Notes: generated by a model not told the origin, from the letters alone. A stretch of DNA of 64,000 nucleotides from a virus (IMGVR_UViG_3300010270_000394:36982-100981); one strand, 5' to 3'; positions 30,145 to 40,468 are shown, counted from the stretch's first letter. Made by a program: numbers and translations.

Positions 30145-30411
30145 ATGACTCAGGACGAGAAAATTTCTTGTAAGAATTGTATTTGGCGCGATCAGTGCGA
30201 AAATGATACTCCATGCAATGATTTTGACGACGGCGTAAGCAGCGCTGCGCTTCCAAGCGAGGAAGAAATTGAATTGCAAGTTGAAATCAGGCGTGAACAA
30301 TATCGAGACGGATTTGAGAAATATACCGATTCGTCTTATGTGGAACGATACGATTATTTCAGTGTTCGTTCTGTTGAGGATTTGGAAAAGTTGGAGAAAG
30401 GTAGTGTTTGA
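30145..30411 (+). CDS. Hypothetical protein
   Basis: AGGAG RBS; CKNC motif. Confidence 0.6.
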   Translation: MTQDEKISCKNCIWRDQCENDTPCNDFDDGVSSAALPSEEEIELQVEIRREQYRDGFEKYTDSSYVERYDYFSVRSVEDLEKLEKGSV

Positions 30412-30412
30412 A

Positions 30413-31561
30413 TTGGTTTATTTGGATAATGCCGCAACGACGCAGCCGAGCAAACTTGTCTGCGATTGGATGAAGATTATTGCGGAAACACATTACGGAA
30501 ATCCGAGCAGTCTGCATAATGCCGGGAAAAACGCGAAAAATATTCTTGACGAGGCGCGGTGTGAAATTGCGGATATTATCGGAGCAAAGCCGCAGGAAAT
30601 CTATTTTACTTCTGGCGGCAGCGAGAGCGACAATATTGCGCTGCGTGGGATCGTGCCTCACCTCAAGGCAATCGGCAGAACGACAATCATCACAAGCAGG
30701 ATCGAGCATCACGCGGTTCTGCACACCTGTCAGGAACTTGAGAAGGATGGAATGACCGTTATCTATATGCCGGTTGACGGTGAAGGTCGTGTTGACATTG
30801 AAGAATTTGAACGAATTTTGAAACAATATAAGGATAGCGTCGGTCTTGTTTCAATTATGACGGTAAACAATGAAATAGGTTCGATCCAGCTCATTGAGGA
30901 TATTGGCGATCTTTGTCAGGAATATGGCGCGATTTTTATGACGGACGCGGTTCAGGCGTTTTGTAAAGTTCCGTTGAATGTTAATGAGGATCACATTGAT
31001 ATGATGTCAATGTCCGGTCATAAAATCCACGCGCCGAAAGGGATCGGAGTTCTGTATGTGCGCGATGGTATTCCGCTCTCTCCTGTTATGACTGGCGGCG
31101 GTCAGGAACGCGGACTGCGATGCGGAACGGAGAATGTCAGCGGTGCGTTTGCAATGGCGAAGGCGGCGCGTGAGCAGTATGACGCAATGGAGAGGATTAC
31201 GGAGCATTGTGCGGCGCTCAGAAAGACGTTTTTGAACACACTTCAGAAACGCGGCGTTGAGTTTACGGTCAACGGTGTTGGCGGTATTCCTAGTATTATC
31301 AGTCTGACACTGCATGGGTGTGAGAGCGAGGCGGTACTTTTGCTTCTCAACGAACGTGATATTTGCGTGTCTGCCGGTTCTGCCTGTAATGCCGGTTCTC
31401 TTGATCCGTCTCATGTTCTGCAAGCAATCTATTTGAGCGACGAGGAAGCAAGCTGCACAATTCGCGTTTCAACGTGCGGTTATACGACGGAAGATGATGT
31501 GATCTGCGCGGCGAATGCGATTGCCGACGTGACGCAAACGCTCAAGGCGATGATGAAATGA
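30413..31561 (+). CDS. iscS: Cysteine desulfurase (IscS/NifS)
   Basis: YLDNAATT, GNPSSLH, DAVQ, SGHK and SAGSAC (catalytic Cys). Confidence 0.95.
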   Translation: MVYLDNAATTQPSKLVCDWMKIIAETHYGNPSSLHNAGKNAKNILDEARCEIADIIGAKPQEIYFTSGGSESDNIALRGIVPHLKAIGRTTIITSRIEHHAVLHTCQELEKDGMTVIYMPVDGEGRVDIEEFERILKQYKDSVGLVSIMTVNNEIGSIQLIEDIGDLCQEYGAIFMTDAVQAFCKVPLNVNEDHIDMMSMSGHKIHAPKGIGVLYVRDGIPLSPVMTGGGQERGLRCGTENVSGAFAMAKAAREQYDAMERITEHCAALRKTFLNTLQKRGVEFTVNGVGGIPSIISLTLHGCESEAVLLLLNERDICVSAGSACNAGSLDPSHVLQAIYLSDEEASCTIRVSTCGYTTEDDVICAANAIADVTQTLKAMMK

Positions 31562-32112
31562 CGGAGCAGTGGCGCGGCGCATGGTATGGTGGTGTGGATT
31601 ATTCTTGGCGGTTTGAGGTATCAAATCTCGGACGAATGCGAAACAAGGTAAAAAAGAATGTTTATATTCCCCATGTCGGCAAGAACGGATACTTGAAAAT
31701 TTGTACGTCGATTTATGGAAGGAATAAGAACATTTACATACATCGCTGCGTTGCCGAAACCTTTTTGCCGAATCCGGCAAATTGGTCGCTTGTGAATCAT
31801 TTGGATGGAAACAAGCAGAATAATCGGAGCGATAATCTGGAATGGTCTACGCCAAAGGAGAATTACCGTCATGCCGTGCGAATGTGTCTTATATCGCCGG
31901 AGTCAGTGGAACGGTTTTCGAGGAAAGTTCAAAACGGATGTGACAACGGCAGAGCAAAGCTGACGGAATCGGTGGTGCGGTATATCCGAGCAAACTACGT
32001 TCCGAAAAGCAGAGGGCAGAAATGTAACCGGCGTGAGTTGGCGAAGATGTTCGGCGTGAGCGTCGGGTTGATTTCGCAAATTGTCAATAGGCAAATCTGG
32101 ACACATATTTGA
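31558..32112 (+). CDS. NUMOD4/HNH homing endonuclease
   Basis: EVSNLGR, HRCVAETFLPNP and VNHLDGNKQNNRSDNLEW motifs. Confidence 0.9.
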   Translation: MTEQWRGAWYGGVDYSWRFEVSNLGRMRNKVKKNVYIPHVGKNGYLKICTSIYGRNKNIYIHRCVAETFLPNPANWSLVNHLDGNKQNNRSDNLEWSTPKENYRHAVRMCLISPESVERFSRKVQNGCDNGRAKLTESVVRYIRANYVPKSRGQKCNRRELAKMFGVSVGLISQIVNRQIWTHI

Positions 32113-32117
32113 GGTGA

Positions 32118-32606
32118 ATGATGGAGAAATTCTTTTTGGTCAACGAGAACAGCAAACTCTTTTCTGATTATTTCGCGTGGAAGAAAAATGTAAAAGAGCG
32201 GATCGGCGGTGTGAACGATTTTCTTGCGGAACATGGAATTGAGGCGAATCTTTTCTTTGACGGAACGGATTCCCTCGCCATTGTTCCGACCGCACATGAT
32301 ATTGAGCGGTTTGGAAAGCAGTTTACCGGAACTGTCGGAAGCGACGGGCTGAGAATTTTTCGCAAAAATTCTGTTGTCGGAAAGGCATGGAAGGAATTTG
32401 CAAAGAGTCGTCATGTGATCTACAAGCCGTTTCCGACCATGTATTTGAAGGATGTTTGCGGACGATACCAAACGCGGCTTTTTGATTTCAAAGGAAAGTT
32501 GTATTGCTCCATTGAAGGAGAAACCGTTCAGGTGCATGATGGGTTTATGACGGAAATCAAAGGCAGCGAGTTTTATCAAATCATGGAGGCGATGACGGAT
32601 GATTAA
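32118..32606 (+). CDS. Hypothetical protein
   Basis: 162-aa ORF with GAGGTG RBS. Confidence 0.7.
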   Translation: MMEKFFLVNENSKLFSDYFAWKKNVKERIGGVNDFLAEHGIEANLFFDGTDSLAIVPTAHDIERFGKQFTGTVGSDGLRIFRKNSVVGKAWKEFAKSRHVIYKPFPTMYLKDVCGRYQTRLFDFKGKLYCSIEGETVQVHDGFMTEIKGSEFYQIMEAMTDD

Positions 32607-33045
32607 AACAGTGGACGGCGACGTGCTGTGCGCGAAGGAAACTTACATTGTGCATCAAGTGAATTGCAGCGGCGTTATGGGAAGAGGGCTGGCGCTTTCG
32701 ATCCGGAATAAATATCCTGACGTATATCGCCGGTATCAGCAGTATTGCGACGAGCATCGGGCGAAATATCTGCTTGGGCGTGTGCTTCTGATTCCAACGG
32801 ACGACGGCAAGGTGATCTGCAACGTGTTCGGACAGAACGGATACGGCACATCTTCCCAGCAGACAGATTACGCGGCACTGAGTAAGGCGTTGACGAGTCT
32901 TGAAAAGATCGTGCCGGAGCGCGAGGCGATTGCCATGCCCTATCAGATTGGATGTGGTCTTGGCGGCGGTAACTGGATGTATGTCGAGCGAATGATCCGA
33001 GATATTTTCAAACGGCATGATGTAGTTCTGTATCAATATAAGTAG
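32599..33045 (+). CDS. Macro domain protein (Poa1p/DarG-like ADP-ribose hydrolase)
   Basis: IVHQVNCSGVMGRGLA...IAMPYQIGCGLGGGNW. Confidence 0.88.
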   Translation: MIKTVDGDVLCAKETYIVHQVNCSGVMGRGLALSIRNKYPDVYRRYQQYCDEHRAKYLLGRVLLIPTDDGKVICNVFGQNGYGTSSQQTDYAALSKALTSLEKIVPEREAIAMPYQIGCGLGGGNWMYVERMIRDIFKRHDVVLYQYK

Positions 33046-33065
33046 AATTACAAGTAGGTGATAAT

Positions 33066-33458
33066 TTGAAATGTGAGATTTGCGGTAAAGAAATAGAACG
33101 GAGTCATTATTCAAATGCCATTCTTTGTAGTTCAGAGTGTTTTGAAAAACACTATTGGAAAAGAATCATAGCGGAAAAGGATCAGCACATTATCATTGAC
33201 GGAAACAGCTATTGTGACGGCGGTGATGTGAAGAATCCGAATTCAGATATGTTTTTGGGATGCAGTGGTTGCCGGTTTTGGATTCGATTTAAGGACGGCA
33301 GGACGATCACAACGAATAATCTGTGGGTTCAGGGCAGGATTCCGGATGAATTTCGCGCGGAGCTGCCGGATACGGCTGAGTTCTATACGCCGGAGCATAT
33401 CAGGTTTGCGAATTCGATCAAACTGGATCAGCATGGCAAAGGAAACAATACTATCTAA
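33066..33458 (+). CDS. Hypothetical Zn-finger protein
   Basis: CEICG...CSSEC; TTNNLW. Confidence 0.65.
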   Translation: MKCEICGKEIERSHYSNAILCSSECFEKHYWKRIIAEKDQHIIIDGNSYCDGGDVKNPNSDMFLGCSGCRFWIRFKDGRTITTNNLWVQGRIPDEFRAELPDTAEFYTPEHIRFANSIKLDQHGKGNNTI

Positions 33459-33473
33459 GAATGGAGTGATGGA

Positions 33474-36413
33474 ATGCTTGAAAACGGCGTTCGTATTCCG
33501 TCGCTGGACGGAAAAGATATTTACATATCGAACCATTGTATCAAGCAGAAGGTCAACGAAAAGGGATTCCCTGTTGGTTTTCGGTTGAGAAATCAGAACG
33601 GTGATTTGAACTTGAGCCGTTTTATCAATACACTGGATTACAGTCTTGATTTGATCAAGATGAAAGACGTGTATGAAAGCGTTTATCGCCGCAGGGATTT
33701 TACGTTCAATAAAAACGGCAAAGAATATACGCAACGTGTGATCAATGTGACGTTCAAGTACAGCGTAAAGGAATTCAATCATGTGCATGGAAACCAGTAC
33801 GTCAAGTATGGATACACGATTGAAGATTTGCGTTTTGTGGATCATATTGCCATGATTGACGGTGAAGTTGTCGGCGTTGAGGTTGGGCTTCCGGTGGAGA
33901 ATCCAGTTCCAAATGATGTGCTTGGGCGATGTTTCTATTATAACGATGGGATGTATCATGCCAAACATAATATTCCGTCACGAAACAGCGTTGCAAATAT
34001 CCGTGAGGAAATTTACACCAAAGGATTCTATTGTGATGGAATCAAGTACATCCGGTTTAAGCGGAGCGCCGGTTCGAGCCGCGTCGGTAAGTGCCTGTTC
34101 ATTGACGAAAAGCTCTATAAACAGATGCACAAATGGGAAATGTGCGGAATCAAGGTGCGAAAGGGACAGAACATTGATCTTGCCGCACTTGAACCGTATA
34201 TTGCATTGACGTTGAGCAGTATCATCGGTACATTGGAGTTAAATAAAGAAAATATTTTAGTAGTTAAGGACTACAATAGTATTTTCAAGGATTACGCGGT
34301 GGCAACGCGGTTTGTTGATGGGCGGCTGGTATCCAAGCCTGAAGAAGTGGAAATCTGTAATACGATTTGGGATGGTCAATCGCTTATGGATCGCGGCGTA
34401 TTTCAAGATTTTCAAAAATGGCAGCAACAGACCAATCCGCAGGCGCGTGAACATGGTATGCTTCTTCTGCGCGGACGGTTTTTTAAGTCATGTTGTTTCA
34501 ATGCGAATATTCAGCAATGGTTCAAGGATAATGGGATCACCGATGTTTCGCAACTTAACGGCGAGACGATGGCGACACGCATTGAGGATATTAAGCTCAT
34601 TACAACAAAAAAATCAATCAAGTATGTGAAATTTGGAACAATTCAGCAGTGGTTGGAGCAGCTTGAACCGATGTTTGGCGTGGTGAAATATGAGAAACCG
34701 ACGCATTTCTTTGAAGGTAGGATGGTGCAGACGCATTATCAGCTCTTAAATACGCTTCAGATGACATATGACGAGGTTGCGGAATTGGTAAAACCGTCTC
34801 TTGATTATGCGCAGATGATCAAGACCGATCCTGCGGCGCTGCGTCATCAGATTGGTTATCAGTTTCAATCGCCAAATGATGAATTCTTTAATAAGGCTGT
34901 TACGACAAAGAATGATATTATTTACAAAATGCTTGGCATTTCAGATAAATTTGCAGATACAAAAATGTATCAGCAGTTTCGAGACGATTTGATCAAGTCA
35001 TTTGTAAAAAATTTGCGGTGCGGTCATATTCTTGTTCGTGGGAATTACAGTACGCTTTGCGGCAATCCGATTGAAATGCTCAAAGAGGCAATCGGAGCAT
35101 TTGACGGAACTTCTATCATTGAAAAGAACACTGTTCATAGTCAAAATTTTGAAGATGGAAAAGAGCTGCTTGGTTCTCGTAGTCCCCATGTGACGATGGG
35201 AAACGTCCTTGTTACGCGAAATGTATTGCGAGACGAGATCACGCGGTATATGAATTCCACCAATGAGATTGTCTATATCAACAGCATTAAGGACAATATT
35301 TTGGAGCGTCTTTCCGGCGCTGACTTTGACAGCGATACGATGATGCTGACGGACAATGAAATTTTGGTACGGGCGGCAAAGCGGAACTATGACCACTTCC
35401 CTGTTCCGACTAAGTTGGTTGAGGCAGCGGAACGGCAACGGAAATATACGGACGAGGAAAAGGCTGATCTTGACATCAAGACAAGCGTGAACAAAATCGG
35501 TGAGATTATCAATCTTTCGCAAGAACTCAATTCGATTCTTTGGGATCGTCTATATCATGGCGAAAGCATTGAGAACGTCATGGATTTGTATTGCGATATT
35601 GCGCAGCTTGACGTTATGAGCAATCTGGAAATTGACAGTGCCAAGCGCGAGAATCCGGCGAACAATACGTTCGAGCTGATGTGTCTCAAGAAAAAGTACG
35701 ACGTGCGGGATAAAAAGAATCGCCATGTGCGTCCGCTGTTTTTCAAGTATATTGACGGGTATAAAGGGTATCGTGACAGATATTATATTTACGCGGAAGA
35801 AGATAACGAATTTATCAAGCAAGGAGATACAGACAGTTTTAAAGAAGCACTTGAAATGAAACGATCCAAGGAAAATGTTCATGTGGAACGCGGCAGAATG
35901 TCATATGAGAAGCATGAGACAAGCATGGATTATCTGGAACTTTGTATTAACAAGTTCAGGGCAAGAAGAATGGAAAAGAAAAAACTGCTGACATTCTCGG
36001 ATTGTTTGGTGTCGGCAGACGAATTATCTGGACAAGTTTGGTATCCTCAAATTACAAAGATTATTGAGTGTGTCAGAGATTACAAATTGAAATCAAGTCA
36101 AATTTGGAACGCAAGTCCGGAACTGACGAATAGAAAGAAACGAGAACTTGCTTATGCAGAGTATCAAGAATGCGTAGCGTATATTTCTTCTTTGATGTTG
36201 GGTGAGAAAACAATGCGTCATTTGTTGACGCTGATAGATAAAAAAGAGTATTCAGACGTATCAAGATTTTTGTTCTCGGTTTTATTCATGACCGCGAATA
36301 ACGATTTTTACAAGTTAATAGCACAGAGCAAAACGCCAATTGAATTGTTAAAAGAGGATGAAAACGGAGAAGTTCGGATTTATGATTTCTCTTATATAAG
36401 AGAAATGTGTTAG
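33474..36413 (+). CDS. YonO-like single-subunit RNA polymerase (double-psi-barrel, cellular-RdRP-related)
   Basis: RSPH and LSGADFDSD metal-binding motif; position ahead of the HU/phosphoesterase/terminase block as in SPbeta. Confidence 0.8.
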   Translation: MLENGVRIPSLDGKDIYISNHCIKQKVNEKGFPVGFRLRNQNGDLNLSRFINTLDYSLDLIKMKDVYESVYRRRDFTFNKNGKEYTQRVINVTFKYSVKEFNHVHGNQYVKYGYTIEDLRFVDHIAMIDGEVVGVEVGLPVENPVPNDVLGRCFYYNDGMYHAKHNIPSRNSVANIREEIYTKGFYCDGIKYIRFKRSAGSSRVGKCLFIDEKLYKQMHKWEMCGIKVRKGQNIDLAALEPYIALTLSSIIGTLELNKENILVVKDYNSIFKDYAVATRFVDGRLVSKPEEVEICNTIWDGQSLMDRGVFQDFQKWQQQTNPQAREHGMLLLRGRFFKSCCFNANIQQWFKDNGITDVSQLNGETMATRIEDIKLITTKKSIKYVKFGTIQQWLEQLEPMFGVVKYEKPTHFFEGRMVQTHYQLLNTLQMTYDEVAELVKPSLDYAQMIKTDPAALRHQIGYQFQSPNDEFFNKAVTTKNDIIYKMLGISDKFADTKMYQQFRDDLIKSFVKNLRCGHILVRGNYSTLCGNPIEMLKEAIGAFDGTSIIEKNTVHSQNFEDGKELLGSRSPHVTMGNVLVTRNVLRDEITRYMNSTNEIVYINSIKDNILERLSGADFDSDTMMLTDNEILVRAAKRNYDHFPVPTKLVEAAERQRKYTDEEKADLDIKTSVNKIGEIINLSQELNSILWDRLYHGESIENVMDLYCDIAQLDVMSNLEIDSAKRENPANNTFELMCLKKKYDVRDKKNRHVRPLFFKYIDGYKGYRDRYYIYAEEDNEFIKQGDTDSFKEALEMKRSKENVHVERGRMSYEKHETSMDYLELCINKFRARRMEKKKLLTFSDCLVSADELSGQVWYPQITKIIECVRDYKLKSSQIWNASPELTNRKKRELAYAEYQECVAYISSLMLGEKTMRHLLTLIDKKEYSDVSRFLFSVLFMTANNDFYKLIAQSKTPIELLKEDENGEVRIYDFSYIREMC

Positions 36414-36461
36414 TTCATTTTCGCAATTTTGGGGTGTTTTTGCAAGAAAACAGTCATTTAG

Positions 36462-36497
36462 AAAGCCCTGAAAGCGTCCTGTTTTCAGGGCTTTTTC
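36462..36497 (+). terminator. Hairpin/terminator after the RNA polymerase gene
   Basis: AAAGCCCTGAAA...TTTCAGGGCTTTTT. Confidence 0.55.
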
Positions 36498-36603
36498 ATG
36501 TATCAAGAAAAAAGTGATAAGGGTAAGAGTATCGTTTTCGCGCGGGTGTGCGTGAATAATATGATGTCGAAATCCCAAAATCTATTGTAAAGGACTGAAG
36601 AAT

Positions 36604-36819
36604 TTGATTCCGATTACGAAAGCTGAGTCGCAGAAAATTCGCAAGGTGTATCCCGATGCTGGGATCACGCGGACGTGCGTTCAGAAAACCAAGCGCCATC
36701 ACTATTATCTGACGGAATATGAACCGTATCTGCGTATGATTGTTGATACAAACGAGTCTGCGTCAGAGATTTGTAGCCGTATTGACAAAAATCGCAACAG
36801 ACGCAGAAATCGAAATTAA
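36604..36819 (+). CDS. Small basic hypothetical protein
   Basis: AAGGA RBS, TTG start. Confidence 0.65.
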   Translation: MIPITKAESQKIRKVYPDAGITRTCVQKTKRHHYYLTEYEPYLRMIVDTNESASEICSRIDKNRNRRRNRN

Positions 36820-36833
36820 CGGAGGAACACGGG

Positions 36834-37478
36834 ATGGATAAAAAAGAAAAAGGCTTTTATGACATTGATTGGGATTACGACGAGAAGCAATTTCTGAAAA
36901 CTTGGGGGGTTGAGGAACTTTTTAATCTGCGTAATTTGCAACAGCGCAAATTGTTCCTTACCGACGACATTGATGAATATGTTATTGACAACATCGTTTG
37001 CCATATTATGCAGTATAACGCCGACGACAAGGGAATTCCCGTGGAGCAGCGCAAGCCGATTCTGCTGTATGTTTCTTCCAATGGCGGCAGTGTTGATCCG
37101 GGCTTTGTTCTGATTGATGTGATCCAGCAGAGTAAGACACCTGTTTACACAATCAATCTTGGGTATCAGTACAGCATGGGATTCTTGATCGGTCTTGCCG
37201 GTCACAAGCGTTACGCAACGAAAACAGCAAAGTTTCTGATGCACGACGGGACGAATTTTATCATCAATTCCGGCACGAAAGCACAGGATCAGATGGAATT
37301 TAATCGCCGTGTGGAACAGCGCGTCAAGGAATACATACTCTCGCGCAGCAAGATCAGTTCTGAGGAATATGACAGCAAATTGCGCGTTGAGTGGTATCTA
37401 TTTGCTGACGAGGCAAAAGAAAAGGGATTTTGTGACTATATCATCGGAGAGGATTGCACACTCGACGATATTGTGTAA
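36834..37478 (+). CDS. clpP: ClpP-like protease
   Basis: YVSSNGGSV, YSMG (catalytic Ser) and FLMHD (His). Confidence 0.85.
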   Translation: MDKKEKGFYDIDWDYDEKQFLKTWGVEELFNLRNLQQRKLFLTDDIDEYVIDNIVCHIMQYNADDKGIPVEQRKPILLYVSSNGGSVDPGFVLIDVIQQSKTPVYTINLGYQYSMGFLIGLAGHKRYATKTAKFLMHDGTNFIINSGTKAQDQMEFNRRVEQRVKEYILSRSKISSEEYDSKLRVEWYLFADEAKEKGFCDYIIGEDCTLDDIV

Positions 37479-37490
37479 GGGTGATGGAGA

Positions 37491-38204
37491 ATGGCAACAA
37501 AAAAGAAAAGCGCCGCGCCGGACTTTTCTCAGAAGAAACCAAAGGATTTGAGCGAAAGCCCGTTTTATGGTCTGACGCTCGATGACGAACAACTGAAATT
37601 TGCAAACGCGATTTGGAATCCGAATATTGATATTGTGTTTTGCAACGCGAAAGCCGGTACGGGCAAGACGACGATTGCCGTTGGCGTTGCGAATATGCTG
37701 GTGCAGTATGGGGATTTCGACGAACTTATTTATATCATGTCACCGTATGGAGAGCGCAAGCAGGGCTGGTTGCCGGGAACGCTGACAGAAAAGAGCAGTG
37801 TTTACTTTGAAGCGTTTTATCAGGCGCTTGTCAAGTGCAACGTCAATCCGATGACTGCGATCAATACGGACAGCATGGTAAATCAGAAGCAAGGGACGGC
37901 GTATATCTCTTGTATTACGGATACATTTCTGCGTGGATCGAACCTTAATGATGCGGTTATTATTCTGGACGAGGCGCAGAACTATACCGTGCCGCAGCTC
38001 AAGAAAACGCTGACGCGCGTGGGCGATCACGCAAAGGTCATCGTAATCGGACATGAGCTGCAATGTGACTTGGAGAATCCTGAAAAGAGCGGGTTCATGA
38101 AGTATATTGAACATTTTTCCGATCAGGAACGCGCGGCGTTTTGCGAATTGTCGCGCAATTACCGCAGTTGGATCAGCAGATGCGCCGATGAATTAGCGGA
38201 ATGA
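37491..38204 (+). CDS. phoH: PhoH-like ATPase
   Basis: AGTGKT, FLRG, IILDEAQN and LTRVG motifs. Confidence 0.9.
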   Translation: MATKKKSAAPDFSQKKPKDLSESPFYGLTLDDEQLKFANAIWNPNIDIVFCNAKAGTGKTTIAVGVANMLVQYGDFDELIYIMSPYGERKQGWLPGTLTEKSSVYFEAFYQALVKCNVNPMTAINTDSMVNQKQGTAYISCITDTFLRGSNLNDAVIILDEAQNYTVPQLKKTLTRVGDHAKVIVIGHELQCDLENPEKSGFMKYIEHFSDQERAAFCELSRNYRSWISRCADELAE

Positions 38205-38238
38205 TATAACAACAATTACAAGAAAGGACAATAATACT

Positions 38239-38424
38239 ATGATTGAACATTTCATGTGCGATAACTGCACTCATTATCTTGTTTGCGAAAAGCTCAAGCC
38301 CCTGATGAAGTTCCATGAGAGCGCGAAAAAGGACTTGATGATCACGCTGACGATGAACGACTGCGCTGATTTTGTGGACGAGAACGACGGCGCAAAGCAG
38401 AACGACGGAGAGGACGACGAGTAA
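38239..38424 (+). CDS. Small hypothetical protein
   Basis: AAAGGA RBS; CDNC motif. Confidence 0.6.
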   Translation: MIEHFMCDNCTHYLVCEKLKPLMKFHESAKKDLMITLTMNDCADFVDENDGAKQNDGEDDE

Positions 38425-38442
38425 TCTCCGCAAAGAAAGGAA

Positions 38443-39648
38443 GTGTTGACAATAGAACAGACGGATTTTTTGAAACGCCAGTTTGATTTGCTGACTTCCC
38501 GTTTGAATGATCCTTCGATTGAGTGGCAGGATGTCGCCGACCTTAGAGCGGAGTGCTTGGGCGAAGTGGAACACCGCGACACTGTACGAAAGGGATCAAA
38601 GTTGTTTTACGAATACTTGAATGCAGGGTGGATCAAAAATCCGGATGAACAGCCGTCCGCTGTGACGAGTAGCGTGGTATTGAGCCAAATGCGCGATCTG
38701 CAAAAGGAACGGTATAAACTTCAAACGGAAAAGTTGGAGGTCAATCGTTGGCTGCGTGAAAACGCGCGGGATGAATTGATCGTGGAACATATTGCACAGG
38801 CAATCAGTCAGCTTGCTCCGCTGGACATTCCGGAGAGAATCAACGAGCCTGTCAGTTCTGAGGAACGCGCCGGTATTTTGGCGTTTGGCGACGAACACTT
38901 TGGCACGGAGTTCGCAATCAATGGTCTGCAAGGCGAGATCATCAACGCATACAGTCCTGAAATCTTTATGGCGAGAATGTGGGAACTGCTGCGGCAGACA
39001 CTTGATATTGTGGAGCGAGAGGGTTTCACGTCGATCAAGGTATTCTCGATGGGAGATTTTTCGGATGGTCTTTTGCGTGTCAAACAGTTGATGCAGCTTC
39101 GTTACGGTGTTGTTGAGGGTACGGTCGTTTACGCCGATTTTTTGGCGAATTGGCTCAATGAGCTTTCGCGCCGTGTGCGTGTGGAGTTCCAGATGACGAA
39201 TGGAAATCATACCGAGCTGCGGATGTTGGGACAACCGAAGGGTACGTTCACGCGGGAGAATATGGGCTTGGTGGTCGCGGCGATGCTGCGGACGCGCCTT
39301 GCTGACAATCCGAATTTTACGTTTGTGGAGAATCCGAGCGGATATATCTTTACGAACGTGCTGGATTTTAATATCTTGGGAATTCACGGCGAAGTCAAGA
39401 GCATGGAACAGGCAATTAAAGATTTTTCTTCTACTTATCGTGTGCAGTTGGATTATTTGATTGCCGGACATAAGCATCATTCTTACAGCGAAGCGGTTGG
39501 AATCAATCGTGAGGTTATTTCCGTTCCGAGTTTGATCGGTGTGGATGACTTTTCCATGTCGCTTAACCGAACCTCGAATGCCGGTGCGACATTCCTTGTT
39601 CTGGAACGAGGTAAGGGCAAAGTGATCGAGTATGCAATCAAGTTGTGA
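38443..39648 (+). CDS. Calcineurin-like metallophosphoesterase (YonJ-like)
   Basis: GDEHFG, GD, GNH, HG and GHKH motifs. Confidence 0.8.
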   Translation: MLTIEQTDFLKRQFDLLTSRLNDPSIEWQDVADLRAECLGEVEHRDTVRKGSKLFYEYLNAGWIKNPDEQPSAVTSSVVLSQMRDLQKERYKLQTEKLEVNRWLRENARDELIVEHIAQAISQLAPLDIPERINEPVSSEERAGILAFGDEHFGTEFAINGLQGEIINAYSPEIFMARMWELLRQTLDIVEREGFTSIKVFSMGDFSDGLLRVKQLMQLRYGVVEGTVVYADFLANWLNELSRRVRVEFQMTNGNHTELRMLGQPKGTFTRENMGLVVAAMLRTRLADNPNFTFVENPSGYIFTNVLDFNILGIHGEVKSMEQAIKDFSSTYRVQLDYLIAGHKHHSYSEAVGINREVISVPSLIGVDDFSMSLNRTSNAGATFLVLERGKGKVIEYAIKL

Positions 39649-39657
39649 GGTGCGCGA

Positions 39658-39936
39658 ATGAATAAGAATGATCTGATTCGAGACATTGCGGAGAGAACGG
39701 GATTTACGAAACATGACACGTCTATCTTTATGGATGCGTATGAGGCGGCTGTTTTGGATGCTATTCGACGCAATGAACGTGTGTATCTGCACAATTTTAT
39801 GCGTCTTGAACGCAAAACAAGGAAAGCACATCAGGGATATGACTTCCGAACCAAAAGCACGTTGACCGTTCCGGAACGTGAAACGATAGGGGTTGAACTC
39901 GGAAAAGCATTTTTCGGATTGCTGAATAACAATTGA
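39658..39936 (+). CDS. hup: HU-like DNA-binding protein
   Basis: MNKNDLIRDIAERTGFTK N-terminus, 92 aa. Confidence 0.8.
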   Translation: MNKNDLIRDIAERTGFTKHDTSIFMDAYEAAVLDAIRRNERVYLHNFMRLERKTRKAHQGYDFRTKSTLTVPERETIGVELGKAFFGLLNNN

Positions 39937-39990
39937 ATAATGAAATGAAACAGGGCTGTGTCTACGCGGCGCAGCCCTCCCCTTCTATAT

Positions 39991-40066
39991 TGCGGAGTGG
40001 AGCAGATGGCAGCTCGTCAGGTTCATGCCCTGAAGGTCAGTGGTTCAAGTCCACTCTCCGCAACCA
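39991..40066 (+). tRNA. tRNA-Met(CAT), initiator-like
   Basis: Cloverleaf, loop TTCATGC, fMet-like D arm, CCA. Confidence 0.85.
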
Positions 40067-40157
40067 AGGATAGCGGGTACAGTTTGCGGACTGTACGGAG
40101 GATGAAAACCACCTCCCGTCGTTCCTACCGGCAGAAGTCGAAAGACAGTAGGAATTT

Positions 40158-40243
40158 GCTGGTGTGATGGAATGGCAGACATGGCAGATTCAAAATCTGT
40201 TGGCGGCAACGTCGTGAGAGTTCAAGTCTCTCCACCAGCACCA
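40158..40243 (+). tRNA. tRNA-Leu(CAA)
   Basis: Loop TTCAAAA, long variable arm, CCA. Confidence 0.92.
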
Positions 40244-40246
40244 TAC

Positions 40247-40320
40247 AGCGGTGTGGTCTAATGGCAGGACACGAGACTTTGACTCTCGCATTGTTGGTTC
40301 GATCCCAACCGCCGCCGCCA
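40247..40320 (+). tRNA. tRNA-Gln(TTG)
   Basis: Loop CTTTGAC, T loop TTCGATC, CCA. Confidence 0.9.
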
Positions 40321-40392
40321 AACATTGTCCCTTGCGGACGCTTGAAAATGACAATGAAAGGCGCTTCTTCGGAAGCGTCTTTCGCTATATAT

Positions 40393-40468
40393 GGTCTGTT
40401 AGCTCAGTTGGTAGAGCAATCGGCTGTTAACCGATGTGTCGTAGGTTCGAGTCCTACACAGACCGCCA
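40393..40468 (+). tRNA. tRNA-Asn(GTT)
   Basis: Loop CTGTTAA, CCA. Confidence 0.93.

Noticed and set aside
30413-31561. IscS plus DUF262 as a Dnd/Ssp phosphorothioation system
   Set aside because: No dndC/D/E or sspB/C/D homologs are recognisable and the genes are unlinked.
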